Shown: in pieces, positions 1 to 9,500 of the stretch | How positions within the stretch are numbered: position 1 is the first letter of the stretch | Layout of the letters: each line of letters starts with the position of its first letter | From: Candidatus Eiseniibacteriota bacterium | GTDB taxonomy: Bacteria; Eisenbacteria; RBG-16-71-46 | Length of the DNA: 64,000 bases | Direction: 5' to 3' | NCBI GenBank assembly: GCA_038231135.1 | Contig: JBBRLX010000018.1 | Span: 1 to 64,000, forward strand | Notes under the pieces: model-generated | The model's input: the letters and a program-made list of their open reading frames with translations, nothing else | Database searches by the model: none | Told to the model about the DNA's origin: nothing | Position numbers and translations under genes: made by a program

Positions 1-91
1 AGCTCACCAAAATCCGTCCACCCGCCAAGGACCACCCCTGGCGCAAGCCGTATGACCGCAGCCTCCTGCCCGCAATGGCAGAAGCGGGGGA

Positions 92-133
92 TGACAGAAT
101 CACTGCGGAGTAGGGGTGACAGAATCACTGCGG
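92..133. repeat. Perfect 17-bp direct repeat TGACAGAATCACTGCGG, two copies 25 bp apart
   Basis: Copies at 92-108 and 117-133, each preceded by a G-run; non-coding, upstream of the HAD gene. Confidence 0.85.
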
Positions 134-181
134 TGCTACAGGGCAGTTGGGGCGACGGATCGGGCGTGATAGCTGTTGCGG

Positions 182-1090
182 ATGAAACTCCTGTCCGATT
201 TCGACGGTGTCTGGACCGATCCGGCCCAGGAAGCGCTGGCACAGGGTGAGATCCTCGAACGTCGCCTGATGGATGGGATCGAAATCACGCGCCGGCCCGA
301 GGCCGCCGAGTGGGTGCGGGCGGCGCGCTCGGCGGCGGCGCGGGAGCCGGGCCGCTTCGGCTGGGTGTCGAACGGCCGCCTGAGCGCGTTCGGCGACGAG
401 GATCCGTTCACCGCCCATAGCGCGCTGCTGCACTATCTCGAGGTGGTTCACGACGGCGACGCGTGGGCGCGCGAGTTGCGGGACCTGGCAATCGCGGCCG
501 GCGGCCAGGACCTCGACGCGTTCGGCGGCCAGTGCCACGCCGCGGCCGTGGAGCAGGTCGTCCGCACCCGGGGCCCCGGCATCCTGCCCGCCGCCGCGGC
601 GGCCGGCCGGGACCTGCTCGCGCGCGGCGTCGAGATCGTGCTGGTGTCGAATTCGCCGCCCGACAAGCTGCTGCGCTGGCTCGAGCACGCCGCCGTGCCG
701 GCGACGCGGCATCCCGTGCGCACCCCGGGCGCCGTGCGGGCACGGGGCTCCGCGGGGAAGTTCGAACTCGGGCCGCTGCGCCGCGAACGGCTCGAGTTGG
801 GTGAGGTCGTGATCGACGTCGACCGCCCCGCCTACGAGGCGATCCTCATGGACGAGCGTCCCGACGCCGTGGTGGGCGACGTGTTCTCGCTCGATCTCGC
901 GCTGCCGCTCGCGCTAAGGCGCACGGACCCCGCGTGGTCCCGGGTGCGGCTGTTCTGGCTGATTCAGCCCTACGCGCCGGACCGCCTGCGGCGTGCCGTG
1001 CGCGAGCATGCTCCGGAAGTGGAGTTCGCGCATGGGTTCGGCGACGTGGCAACGGCTCTGGGGCGTGAGCCTCAGGGGCGCGTGTCGTAG
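182..1090 (+). CDS. HAD-superfamily hydrolase
   Basis: Motif I LLSDFDGVWTD at the N-terminus, motif II LVSNS, a Lys in GKF, motif IV VVGDVF; ATG at 182. Confidence 0.75.
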   Translation: MKLLSDFDGVWTDPAQEALAQGEILERRLMDGIEITRRPEAAEWVRAARSAAAREPGRFGWVSNGRLSAFGDEDPFTAHSALLHYLEVVHDGDAWARELRDLAIAAGGQDLDAFGGQCHAAAVEQVVRTRGPGILPAAAAAGRDLLARGVEIVLVSNSPPDKLLRWLEHAAVPATRHPVRTPGAVRARGSAGKFELGPLRRERLELGEVVIDVDRPAYEAILMDERPDAVVGDVFSLDLALPLALRRTDPAWSRVRLFWLIQPYAPDRLRRAVREHAPEVEFAHGFGDVATALGREPQGRVS

Positions 1091-1950
1091 AACGCCGACG
1101 CCCACGGTGTGCGCTCGGCGAATCCCAGGCGGCGATACACCGCGAGGGCCGCGGCGTTGAAGTCGTTGACGAACAGGCACACGTGGCGGCTGTCTTCGAG
1201 CAGTCGCGTGCACAACTCGGCCATGCCGCGCTTCGCGAGCCCGGCGCCGCGGTGCTCGGGGGGCACGTAGACCCCGGAGATCTGCGCCGCATCCGGCGTG
1301 CGCGCGCTCACGCTCGCCCGGAACTTGAGCCCGCGCTCGTCCGTCCACAGGAACGTGTAGCCGTCGCGGCACTCCTCCTCGACGCGGCGCGCGTAGGCGA
1401 CGGGATCGGTGAGGCGGGGATCCTCGTCCAACTCCTCGGCCCGCAGCATCGCGCCCGTGCGATAGGTGAGGTCGTAATCCGCGGGGCGGGCCTGGCGCAG
1501 CGCCGGCAGCCGCTCGAACTCCGGCAGTCGCCCGCGCTCGACCGACATGTACCACTGGTTGCGGCGGAGCCGCGGGCGGATGCCTTCGTCCTCGAATCGC
1601 GCGGCGATCTCGTCCGCGGGGGCCTGTGCGCCGATCACCTGGAACCGGCGCGGCAGGAACGACCGCCGCGCCACGACCTGATCCGCGAGCCGCGCGATCG
1701 CGCCCGGTTCGCGGCCCACCGGCAGCACGGCGCCCGACTGCCCGCCGAGGTGCAGCAGCCCGACGAGGTCGCCGTCGCGCCGCACGCCCCAGAACTCGTC
1801 GCGCGGCTGCGCCAGCGCGTCGCGAACCGTGAGCGCCAGCAGATACACGTTCACCACCGGATCGCGGTCGAGGAAACCGAACGTCTCGACGAGATCCGGC
1901 GGTCCCAGCCGGTCGAGCGACAGCGCGCTCGCTTCCGAGTGCAGCGACAT
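1072..1950 (-). CDS. GNAT-family N-acetyltransferase (FR47-like C-terminal domain)
   Basis: Acetyl-CoA motif GVYVPPEHRGAGLAK and LFVNDFNAAALAVYRRLGF; ATG at 1950 after GGGAGG. Confidence 0.85.
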   Translation of the reverse strand: MSLHSEASALSLDRLGPPDLVETFGFLDRDPVVNVYLLALTVRDALAQPRDEFWGVRRDGDLVGLLHLGGQSGAVLPVGREPGAIARLADQVVARRSFLPRRFQVIGAQAPADEIAARFEDEGIRPRLRRNQWYMSVERGRLPEFERLPALRQARPADYDLTYRTGAMLRAEELDEDPRLTDPVAYARRVEEECRDGYTFLWTDERGLKFRASVSARTPDAAQISGVYVPPEHRGAGLAKRGMAELCTRLLEDSRHVCLFVNDFNAAALAVYRRLGFAERTPWASAFYDTRP

Positions 1951-2061
1951 GGTGACAGCCTCCCGGTACCTCCCGATGGTACCCGCCGCGCCCGTGATCC
2001 GCGAGCCCGGCGATTGACCGCCACGGCGACACCCACCTAGCATCGGCCGCGGAGGATCCCA

Positions 2062-2751
2062 ATGCCCGATCTGGTGATGGTGATCGAGGACGAGAAGGAG
2101 ATCCGTGACCTCGTGCGCTACAACCTCGAGCGCGAGGGCTTTCGCGTGAGCCACGCGGCCGACGGGGACAAGGGGCTCGAGCAGGTGTTCGTCGAGCGTC
2201 CCGACGCGCTGGTGCTGGATCTCATGCTCCCCGGACTCAACGGTCTCGAGGTGCTGCGCGAATTGCGCGGCGACCCGACGACGCGCGAGCTGCCGGTGCT
2301 CGTGCTCACCGCGCGGGGCGCCGAGATGGACAAGCTGCTGGGCTTCGAACACGGCGCGGACGACTACCTCACGAAACCGTTCAGCCCGCGCGAGCTGGTG
2401 GCGCGGGTGCGCGCGCTGCTGCGGCGCTCGAAGCCCGGCCGCGAGCCCGTGGTGCTCGAAGTCGGCGAGCTGCGCGTCGATCCGCTGGCGCGCGAAGTGA
2501 AGCTCGGCGGCACGACGCTCGTGCTCACGCCGCGCGAATACGATCTACTGGTGTTCTTCCTGCAGAACCCGGGGCGCGTGCTGAGCCGGGACGAGCTGCT
2601 GCGGAAGGTGTGGGGCTACGACTATCTCGGCGATACCCGCACCGTGGACGTTCACATCCGGCGGTTGCGGATGAAGCTCGGCACCCAGCCCCAATGGATC
2701 GAGACGGTGACGGGGGTGGGGTACAAGTTCGCGGGGCCGGTGGCGCGCTAA
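2062..2751 (+). CDS. phoB: OmpR/PhoB-family response regulator (probable PhoB/PhoP)
   Basis: Receiver motifs IEDE, LDLMLP, GADDYLTKPF; wHTH RTVDVHIRRLR; adjacent to the pst/phoU/phoR cluster; GGAGGA RBS. Confidence 0.8.
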   Translation: MPDLVMVIEDEKEIRDLVRYNLEREGFRVSHAADGDKGLEQVFVERPDALVLDLMLPGLNGLEVLRELRGDPTTRELPVLVLTARGAEMDKLLGFEHGADDYLTKPFSPRELVARVRALLRRSKPGREPVVLEVGELRVDPLAREVKLGGTTLVLTPREYDLLVFFLQNPGRVLSRDELLRKVWGYDYLGDTRTVDVHIRRLRMKLGTQPQWIETVTGVGYKFAGPVAR

Positions 2752-2872
2752 ACGTTGAGCGCGGGCCGTGCCGGGGCGCCCCCGCGCGCCCGAGCGGGCC
2801 GTCCCAGCGCGCAAGGTCGCTGCCCGGCACGCAGTTGGGCGTTGCCACGGCGTCCGGCGGCCGGCGTGGTTC

Positions 2873-2890
2873 TTACACCCGCGTTACACC
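2873..2890 (+). promoter_or_regulatory. Candidate Pho-box-like direct repeat TTACACC-N4-TTACACC
   Basis: Two identical 7-mers at 11-bp period (2873, 2884), about 90 bp upstream of the gene at 2983. Confidence 0.5.
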
Positions 2891-2982
2891 CCCGCCATGG
2901 CCCGGTTCCGCCCACCCCCTACGCTCTATTCATGCCGGTGGGGGTGGTTCCCGCCGGAGCGGATCATCGGGAGGAACGCATC

Positions 2983-3444
2983 ATGGGACACCGAATTTCA
3001 CAACAGCATCTGTTCGCCGTCATCCACGAACGCGAGTTCCGCGCCACCACGCGATCGCTCCGCCAATGGTGTTCGATCGGCGAGGACGGGCGTGTGATCC
3101 GCGCGACGATGCGGTCGCTGATCCAGCAGGAGCAACTGTTGCGCGATGTGATCCGCGGGTGGAATGCCAGCCCGGCGGTGATCTCCGAAACGTCGCGCGC
3201 CAACGAGTTGCTCGCGGACTACGAGCACGCCCACGCCGAGGCCCGCGAGTCGCTGTCGCGACTCACGCCCGAGCAATGGGAGGTCATGATCGACTGTCCA
3301 CACGACGTCGCGTTCTGGCCGTCGGTGCGCCGGGGAGAGCTGCTGTGGATGGCGCTGCGCGACCTGGTCGACCAGGCCGAGAGGTTCGTCTCGAACTCGA
3401 TGGTCACCGACCTCCCCACCCTCAGCACTCTCCGCGAAGCCTGA
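2983..3444 (+). CDS. Hypothetical protein, divergent DinB/YfiT-like helical bundle
   Basis: GGAGGA RBS; pattern HEREFRATTRSL...ARESLSRLTPEQW...RGELLWMAL resembles DinB; the metal-binding His residues are not evident. Confidence 0.5.
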   Translation: MGHRISQQHLFAVIHEREFRATTRSLRQWCSIGEDGRVIRATMRSLIQQEQLLRDVIRGWNASPAVISETSRANELLADYEHAHAEARESLSRLTPEQWEVMIDCPHDVAFWPSVRRGELLWMALRDLVDQAERFVSNSMVTDLPTLSTLREA

Positions 3445-3458
3445 GGCAGGCGTGCAAA

Positions 3459-4514
3459 TCAACGTTCACGACTCCTCGGCCGTGGTGGGTAGGGAGAGCG
3501 GGACAGCCAGTCGGCTAGCCGCTTGCGCTCGGCCTCGTTCCAGGCGGGCCCGCGCGGGGTGATGCGGCTGGAACCCACATCCTCCACGGACGCGACGCCA
3601 CCACCGTCCACGGACGCGACAGCGCCCACTTCGTGGTCCGGAACGATTGCCAGTGATTCCGCGGACCTCCCGAGATCCACGAAGCTCAGCTGCAGGGCGT
3701 CGCCCACGGCATGGCGCAGCGGTTGCAGCGCGGCGAACCTCAGCGCGTCCCGGCGGGCGACGCGGGACAGCCGCGCCTCGAGGCCGGCTAGATCGAAGGC
3801 CTCGCCGATCGCGCATTCGAGCTCCCGCGAGTTCCCCGGCGCGGGCCGCGTGCCGTTCGAAAGCCCGTCCAGCCATTCGAGGGTCTGACGCCGTGCGACG
3901 ACGCGCCGCCGTGCAGACCGCAGCGCCTTCAGCGGCCACTGGGGAGCGTCGGGGCGCGGTACGGACGGCGCCGCCGTCGTGTGCAGAATCCGGCTTGCGA
4001 GACGGTCCTGTGTGCAGAGTCGCCGCACGACCCGCACGAGCGCCGTTTCGTCATAGGCGGATTCGACGAAGATGAGCGGGCTCAGCAGTTCGAGCCGCAG
4101 GATCCGGCCGTGGAGGCCCGGGCTGCGCGGTGGCGCCAGCTCGCGGCGCCGCATCCGCAACCGCTGCTCCCAGCGGCCGAGCACGGCGTTCCCGGCCGCG
4201 CGGTGAGCGGGGGGAACGCGCAGCACGAAGTGCCGGAGCAGCGTCACTTGCGTCTCGAGCTCGAGGATCCGCTCGATACGACGTCGAGCACTCCGCAACG
4301 AGCGCTTCGTTTCGAGCGCGATCGGCTTCGGCAGCACGGCCCTCGCCACGCGCAGGCCCGCGGCGACATGGTCCAGCGCGTCCGCGAAGTCCCGCACGCT
4401 CGCCGTCGTCGGGCGTGCGCGCATGCGTCGCCAGGCGGCGGCCAGGTCGGGCAGCTCGAGTGCGAACCGGCGTGCGGTGCCGGCGGAACTGCGTCCATGC
4501 GGTAGGGCCGTCAC
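3459..4514 (-). CDS. Degenerate CHAD-domain-like protein
   Basis: Two Arg-rich helical repeats matching CHAD spacing (SVRDFADALDHVAAGLRV...RRRIERILELE; LRSARRRVVARRQTLE...ECAIGEAFDL); located in a pho cluster. Confidence 0.55.
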   Translation of the reverse strand: MTALPHGRSSAGTARRFALELPDLAAAWRRMRARPTTASVRDFADALDHVAAGLRVARAVLPKPIALETKRSLRSARRRIERILELETQVTLLRHFVLRVPPAHRAAGNAVLGRWEQRLRMRRRELAPPRSPGLHGRILRLELLSPLIFVESAYDETALVRVVRRLCTQDRLASRILHTTAAPSVPRPDAPQWPLKALRSARRRVVARRQTLEWLDGLSNGTRPAPGNSRELECAIGEAFDLAGLEARLSRVARRDALRFAALQPLRHAVGDALQLSFVDLGRSAESLAIVPDHEVGAVASVDGGGVASVEDVGSSRITPRGPAWNEAERKRLADWLSRSPYPPRPRSRER

Positions 4515-5144
4515 GAGTTCAATCGTCCCACGGGATGTATCGCTCCACCATCACTCATGTGTCCGAACAGCCGACCGAAACATTTCGGAAACACGAATTA
4601 TCCGTGTCGTTACACCCGCATCAACTCCAGGTGTCGTCGCGCTGACTACCATCCTCGACAACGGAATTCGTTCTCCGCGCGCGCTGCGAGTTCGAGTGAG
4701 GGCCTCGACACGCGTCACCGGGGCGAATCCTGTGGGCGGCAAACGATGCGTTCGGAGGGTTTCGGCGTGAGACCGCCGATGGGAGACCCAATGGCGCATC
4801 GGGGGCGTCCTGCATGGCCTCCCGCTTGGAGGCCTCCGGCGGACGACACTGAATCCCGGACTCAAGACGTCCCAGTCGACCGGGAGCGTGCTCATGCCTG
4901 CGCATCGGGCTGCGGTCATGGCCGTGGATCTGGGCGTATCGGGGGCCGACATTCGGAACACGGTGCCGTGCAGCGACGCCCCAGCACGTCTCCCGACATC
5001 GGTCGTAACGCGTCCGACATGCCACGGTCATCGCGCGGCAACGCTCGAACGCTAGCCTCATCTCCAGTCGTTCGTCCCCGGGATCGCGCCGGCGGCACGC
5101 TGCTCCGCGTGCCCGGCGCGGCACCCGCCATCGGCGAGACCACC

Positions 5145-5333
5145 ATGATTCCTGAAACGTCCCTGGCGCAGCGCCTGAACTCCTACCGATTCCTGGTCTA
5201 CCTCGCCGGCCTCGGTCTCACGCTGCTGCTGGTGCGCTGCGAGCCCACGGCGAGCTCCAGCACGCCCACGGCGCACGTGTCGAACGCCGCGCAGCAGGCG
5301 ACCCCACAGCACGCGGCCGGAGAGGCGAAGTAG
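5145..5333 (+). CDS. Small (62 aa) single-TM or lipoprotein-like protein
   Basis: Hydrophobic segment FLVYLAGLGLTLLLVRC followed by an S/T/A/Q-rich tail; GC-typical codons; stop 3 bp before the second regulator. Confidence 0.55.
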   Translation: MIPETSLAQRLNSYRFLVYLAGLGLTLLLVRCEPTASSSTPTAHVSNAAQQATPQHAAGEAK

Positions 5334-5336
5334 CCG

Positions 5337-6029
5337 GTGGATCGGGTCCTGCTGATCGAACGCGACGTGTCGGTCCGGGACCTGGTGGCGAAGTCCCTCG
5401 GGCAGGCCGGTTTCGAAGTGTGTCTCGCCGAGGATGCCGAGCAAGGCTGGCGCTCGCTGCTCGAGCAGCGGCCGGCCGCGCTGATCCTCGACCTGTTGAT
5501 GCCCGGCCGCAATGCGCTCGATCTGCTGCGGGACGTGCGCGCCGATCCCGCCACCCGGGCGATTCCGGTGATGGTGCTGAGCGGTCGCGATACCGAGATG
5601 GACAAGCTGCTGTGCTTCGATCTCGGCGCCGACGACTATCTCGCGAAGCCGTTCAGCACGCGCGAACTCACGGCGCGGGTGCGGGTGATGGTGCGGCGTT
5701 CGCGGCCCGTCGACCACGACGGCACGATTCGAGTGGGTGAGCTCGAGGTGCACCCGCTGGCGCGCGAGGCGATGTGCGCCGGCCGCGCCATGACCCTCAC
5801 GCCGCGCGAATTCGAGCTGCTGCTGTTCCTGGTCCGCAATCCCGGCCGCGCGATGTCGCGGGGCGAGCTGCTGCGCAACGTATGGGGCGACGACTTCGAG
5901 GGCGACTCCCGCACCGTGGACGTGCACATCCGGCGGCTTTGCCACAAGATGGGCGAGCGGCACTCGGCGATCGAGACCGTGACCGGCACCGGCTACAAGC
6001 TCGTGAAGTCCCGGCCGCTGGCGGACTGA
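5337..6029 (+). CDS. Second PhoB-like response regulator (paralogue of 2062-2751)
   Basis: LILDLLMPG, EMDKLL, GADDYLAKPF, RTVDVHIRRL; the acidic pocket reads ERD. Confidence 0.85.
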   Translation: MDRVLLIERDVSVRDLVAKSLGQAGFEVCLAEDAEQGWRSLLEQRPAALILDLLMPGRNALDLLRDVRADPATRAIPVMVLSGRDTEMDKLLCFDLGADDYLAKPFSTRELTARVRVMVRRSRPVDHDGTIRVGELEVHPLAREAMCAGRAMTLTPREFELLLFLVRNPGRAMSRGELLRNVWGDDFEGDSRTVDVHIRRLCHKMGERHSAIETVTGTGYKLVKSRPLAD

Positions 6030-6030
6030 C

Positions 6031-6717
6031 TCAGGGCCGGGCCTGCCCCGGCCGCAACGGATCCTCGGCGTGGTGCTTGATGATCCGGGCCTCCGCGATG
6101 AACACCACCTCCTCGGCGATGTTCGTCGACAGGTCCGCCACGCGCTCGAGATTCCGCGCCACCAGCACCAGGTCGAGCGCGCGAGTGATCGTGCGCGGAT
6201 CCTCGATCATGAACGAGATCAGCTCACGGAACACCTGCTGGTTGAGCTGGTCCATCTCGTCGTCGCGCAGCACCAGCTGGCGCGCGGCTTCCGCGTCGCG
6301 CCGCACGAACGCGTCGAGCGCGTCGCGCAGCATGCCGCTCGCGAGCACCTGCATGCGCGGGATGTCGACCAGCGGTTTGAGCGGCGGCTCGGGCGCCAGC
6401 CGGGTGGCCGAGCCGGCGATGTTCACGGCATGGTCGCCGATCCGCTCGAGATCGTTCGAGATCTTGAGCGACGCGGTGATGAACCGCAGGTCGCGCGCGA
6501 GCGGCTGCTGCAGCGCGATCAGGCGCAGGCAGCGCTCCTCGATGTCGATCTCGTGATGGTCGATGTCGAGGTCTTCGCGCTCGACCTCCGCGGCCAGGCC
6601 GCTGTCGCGGCGTTCGAGCGCGCGCAGCGATTTCTGGATCGCGTTCTCGACGCGGCCGCCCATGAGCAGCAGTTGCTCTTTCAGCGACTCGAGGTCCTGC
6701 TCGAAATGCCGTTCCAA
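6031..6717 (-). CDS. phoU: Phosphate signalling protein PhoU
   Basis: QQPLARDLRFITASLKISNDLERIGDHAVNIA and RNLERVADLSTNIAE; TTG start at 6717 after GGGGGAG. Confidence 0.95.
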   Translation of the reverse strand: MERHFEQDLESLKEQLLLMGGRVENAIQKSLRALERRDSGLAAEVEREDLDIDHHEIDIEERCLRLIALQQPLARDLRFITASLKISNDLERIGDHAVNIAGSATRLAPEPPLKPLVDIPRMQVLASGMLRDALDAFVRRDAEAARQLVLRDDEMDQLNQQVFRELISFMIEDPRTITRALDLVLVARNLERVADLSTNIAEEVVFIAEARIIKHHAEDPLRPGQARP

Positions 6718-6760
6718 ATCGGCTCCCCCTAGAATTCCGTACCGGAAGACCGGCGGCGGT

Positions 6761-7648
6761 TCATCCGAACCGGCCCGTGATGTAGTCCTCCGTGAGCTTC
6801 TCGCGGGGGCTCGTGAACAATCGCGGAGTATCATCGTACTCGATCAGCGACCCCGACAGCATGAACGCGGTGCGGTCGGAGATGCGCGCGGCCTGCTGCA
6901 TGTTGTGGGTCACGACCACGATCGTGTAGTGACTCTTGAGCTGCAGCACCAGCTCCTCGATGCGGGCGGTGGCGGTGGGGTCGAGCGCCGACGCCGGCTC
7001 GTCCATCAGGATCACCTCCGGCTCGACCGCGAGGCAGCGGGCGATGCACAGGCGCTGCTGCTGCCCGCCCGACAGGCCGAGCGCCGACTCGTGCAGCCGG
7101 TCCTTGACCTCGGTCCACAGGCTGGCGGCGGTGAGACTCCATTCCACCCGGGCCTCGAGCTCGCCGCGCTTGCGCACGCCGAGCAGGCGCAGGCCGAACG
7201 CGACGTTCTCGAAGATCGACTTGGGAAACGGGTTCGGGCGCTGGAACACCATGCCGACGCGGCGGCGCAGCTCAACCACGTCGATGGCGGGATCGAGCAC
7301 CTCGAGCCCGGCCACTGCCAACTCGCCCTGCGTTCGCACGCCCGGAATCAGGTCGTTCATGCGGTTGAAGGACCGCAGCAGCGTGCTCTTGCCGCACCCG
7401 GACGGCCCGATGATCGCCGTCACCGTGTTCGGCGCGGCCTCGAGCGAAACGCGCTTCAGGGCCTGGGCGGTGCCGTAGAACAGGTCATAGTCGCGCGCAT
7501 ACAGCATCGGCGCGGCGGTGGCCGGGACCTCGGTATGTGGGTTCGCCGGCACGACGGCCGGCGGCGGAGCGCCGACCGAAGATTCCGGCGGTGGATCGCC
7601 GGAGCGGATCGAAGGAGCCTGCAACGTCACGCTCGAGCCTTTCTTCAT
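6761..7648 (-). CDS. pstB: Phosphate ABC transporter ATP-binding protein
   Basis: [47 protein letters not shown]; start overlaps the pstA stop (ATGA). Confidence 0.95.
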   Translation of the reverse strand: MKKGSSVTLQAPSIRSGDPPPESSVGAPPPAVVPANPHTEVPATAAPMLYARDYDLFYGTAQALKRVSLEAAPNTVTAIIGPSGCGKSTLLRSFNRMNDLIPGVRTQGELAVAGLEVLDPAIDVVELRRRVGMVFQRPNPFPKSIFENVAFGLRLLGVRKRGELEARVEWSLTAASLWTEVKDRLHESALGLSGGQQQRLCIARCLAVEPEVILMDEPASALDPTATARIEELVLQLKSHYTIVVVTHNMQQAARISDRTAFMLSGSLIEYDDTPRLFTSPREKLTEDYITGRFG

Positions 7649-8526
7649 GGGCGGGCGCCGCGCCGGGTGCTGAACCGGAACAGCGCCGAGACCGCGGTGA
7701 CGAGGAGCAGCAGTACGAGTGCGCCCGTCCACGCCTGCTGGATCCAGTCGGGATAGGCCGAGCGCGCGTAATCGTAGATCAGCAGGGGCAGCGCCGCGAT
7801 CGGCCGGTCGAGCGCCACCGAGCCGAAGCGGTTGCCGAGCGCCGTGAACAGCAGCGGCGCGGTCTCGCCGGCGGCACGCGCCACCGACAGCATCGTCGCG
7901 GTCATGATACCTGGGGCCGCGGCCGGCAGCACGATCTGGACGATCACGCTCCAGCGCGGGGCGCCGAGCGCCAGCGCCGCCTCGCGGTAGGACACCGGCA
8001 CGTTGCGCACGACCTCCTCGGTGGTGCGCACGATGAGCGGCAGCATCAGCAGCCCCAGCGCGACCCCGCCCGCGATCGCCGAAAACCGTCCCATCGGCAC
8101 GACGATCAGGCCGTAGACGGCGACGCCGACGATGATCGAAGGCACTCCGCTCAGGATGTCGGTGGTATACCGCACCAGCGAGGCGAACCGGTCGCGCCGG
8201 TACTCCGACAGATACACGCCGGTCGCGACGCCGATCGGCACCGCGAGCGCGCCGCCGATGCCGAGCATGATGAGCGTGCCCACGATGGCGTTCGCCATGC
8301 CGCCCCCCGGCTCACCCACCGGCTTCGGCAGGTTCACGAAGAACGACGGCTTGAGCGCGGGCAGGCCGCGAGCCACGAGCTGCCACACGATCAGGGCGAG
8401 CGGCAGGATCACGAGCCCGGCGGCCAGCATACAGCCGCCCATCAGCGAGGCGTTCGACAGCCGGCGCGCAAACGTCGGCCCCGTCATCGGGAGCGGGTCG
8501 AGCCCCGCCGGCCTAGTAGCGGACAC
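7645..8526 (-). CDS. pstA: Phosphate ABC transporter permease PstA
   Basis: [33 protein letters not shown]. Confidence 0.95.
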   Translation of the reverse strand: MSATRPAGLDPLPMTGPTFARRLSNASLMGGCMLAAGLVILPLALIVWQLVARGLPALKPSFFVNLPKPVGEPGGGMANAIVGTLIMLGIGGALAVPIGVATGVYLSEYRRDRFASLVRYTTDILSGVPSIIVGVAVYGLIVVPMGRFSAIAGGVALGLLMLPLIVRTTEEVVRNVPVSYREAALALGAPRWSVIVQIVLPAAAPGIMTATMLSVARAAGETAPLLFTALGNRFGSVALDRPIAALPLLIYDYARSAYPDWIQQAWTGALVLLLLVTAVSALFRFSTRRGARP

Positions 8527-9481
8527 CGCGCCGCCCTCCCGTCGTCCAGTACAGAATCAGCCGCGCCATCGCGTTCACGATCAAGGTGATGCAAAACAGC
8601 ACCAGCGCGACTTCGATCAACGCCGACATGTAGAGCTTGCCGGTGGCCTCGGTGAACTCGTTCGCGATCACGCTCGCCAGCGTGGCGCCCGGCGCCAGCA
8701 ACGACGCCGAGATGCGATTGGTATTGCCGATCACCATCGTCACGGCCATCGTCTCGCCGAGCGCCCGGCCGAGCGCCAGGATCACGGCGCCGATGATTCC
8801 GGGCCGGGCCCATTCCACGGTGATGCCAATGGTTTCGGCGCGGGTGGCGCCGAGCGCGAGCGCCGCCTCGCGCAGCGTCATCGGCGCGGCGAGCAGCATC
8901 TCGCGCGAGATCGACACGATCGTCGGCAGGATCATGATCGCGAGCACGATCGCGGCGTTCAGCATGCCGAGGCCGAACGGGAACCCCTGGAACAGCGGCA
9001 GGAATCCGAGATGGGTGATCAGCCAGGGCTCCGCCAGGTTGCGCAGGAACGGCGCGAGGCTGAACACCCCCCACATGCCGTAGACGATGCTGGGAATCGA
9101 CGCCAGCAGCTCGGTCACGAACGACACCGCCTCGCCCAGGCCGCGCGGCGCGATCTCGGCCAGGTACACGGCGGCGCCGATGCCGCACGGCAGCGCGAGC
9201 AGCAGCGCGAGTGCCGACGACACGAGCGTGCCGAAGATGTAGGGCAGCGCGCCGAAGTGTTCGGTGACCGGGTCCCATTCGGACGAGACGAGGAACCGGA
9301 AGCCGAACGCGTGGATCGACGGCAGCGCGCCGCGTGCCGTCTCGTACACGATGAGCGCGACCGCCGCGAACACCAATGCGGCGGCCGCGGCCATCAGGCC
9401 GTGCCACAACGGGTCGGAAAGCCACCCGCGCCCGCGCGAACGCGGGCGCCGGGCGGCGATCATGTGGGGCAGCGACGCCAT
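8513..9481 (-). CDS. pstC: Phosphate ABC transporter permease PstC
   Basis: FGALPYIFGT, ELLASIPSIVYGMWG, GRALGETMAVTMVIGN. Confidence 0.95.
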   Translation of the reverse strand: MASLPHMIAARRPRSRGRGWLSDPLWHGLMAAAAALVFAAVALIVYETARGALPSIHAFGFRFLVSSEWDPVTEHFGALPYIFGTLVSSALALLLALPCGIGAAVYLAEIAPRGLGEAVSFVTELLASIPSIVYGMWGVFSLAPFLRNLAEPWLITHLGFLPLFQGFPFGLGMLNAAIVLAIMILPTIVSISREMLLAAPMTLREAALALGATRAETIGITVEWARPGIIGAVILALGRALGETMAVTMVIGNTNRISASLLAPGATLASVIANEFTEATGKLYMSALIEVALVLFCITLIVNAMARLILYWTTGGRRGVRY

Positions 9482-9500
9482 CGTCGAAACGACGTCCTGC

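Noticed and set aside
4720..4800. GGCAAAC suggesting a c-di-GMP-I riboswitch
   Set aside because: The downstream GNRA stem and GACGCAAAGC elements are absent
4557..5144. N-terminal 196 aa of the 258-aa ORF
   Set aside because: Composition looks non-coding and there is no RBS; only the final 62 codons look like a gene
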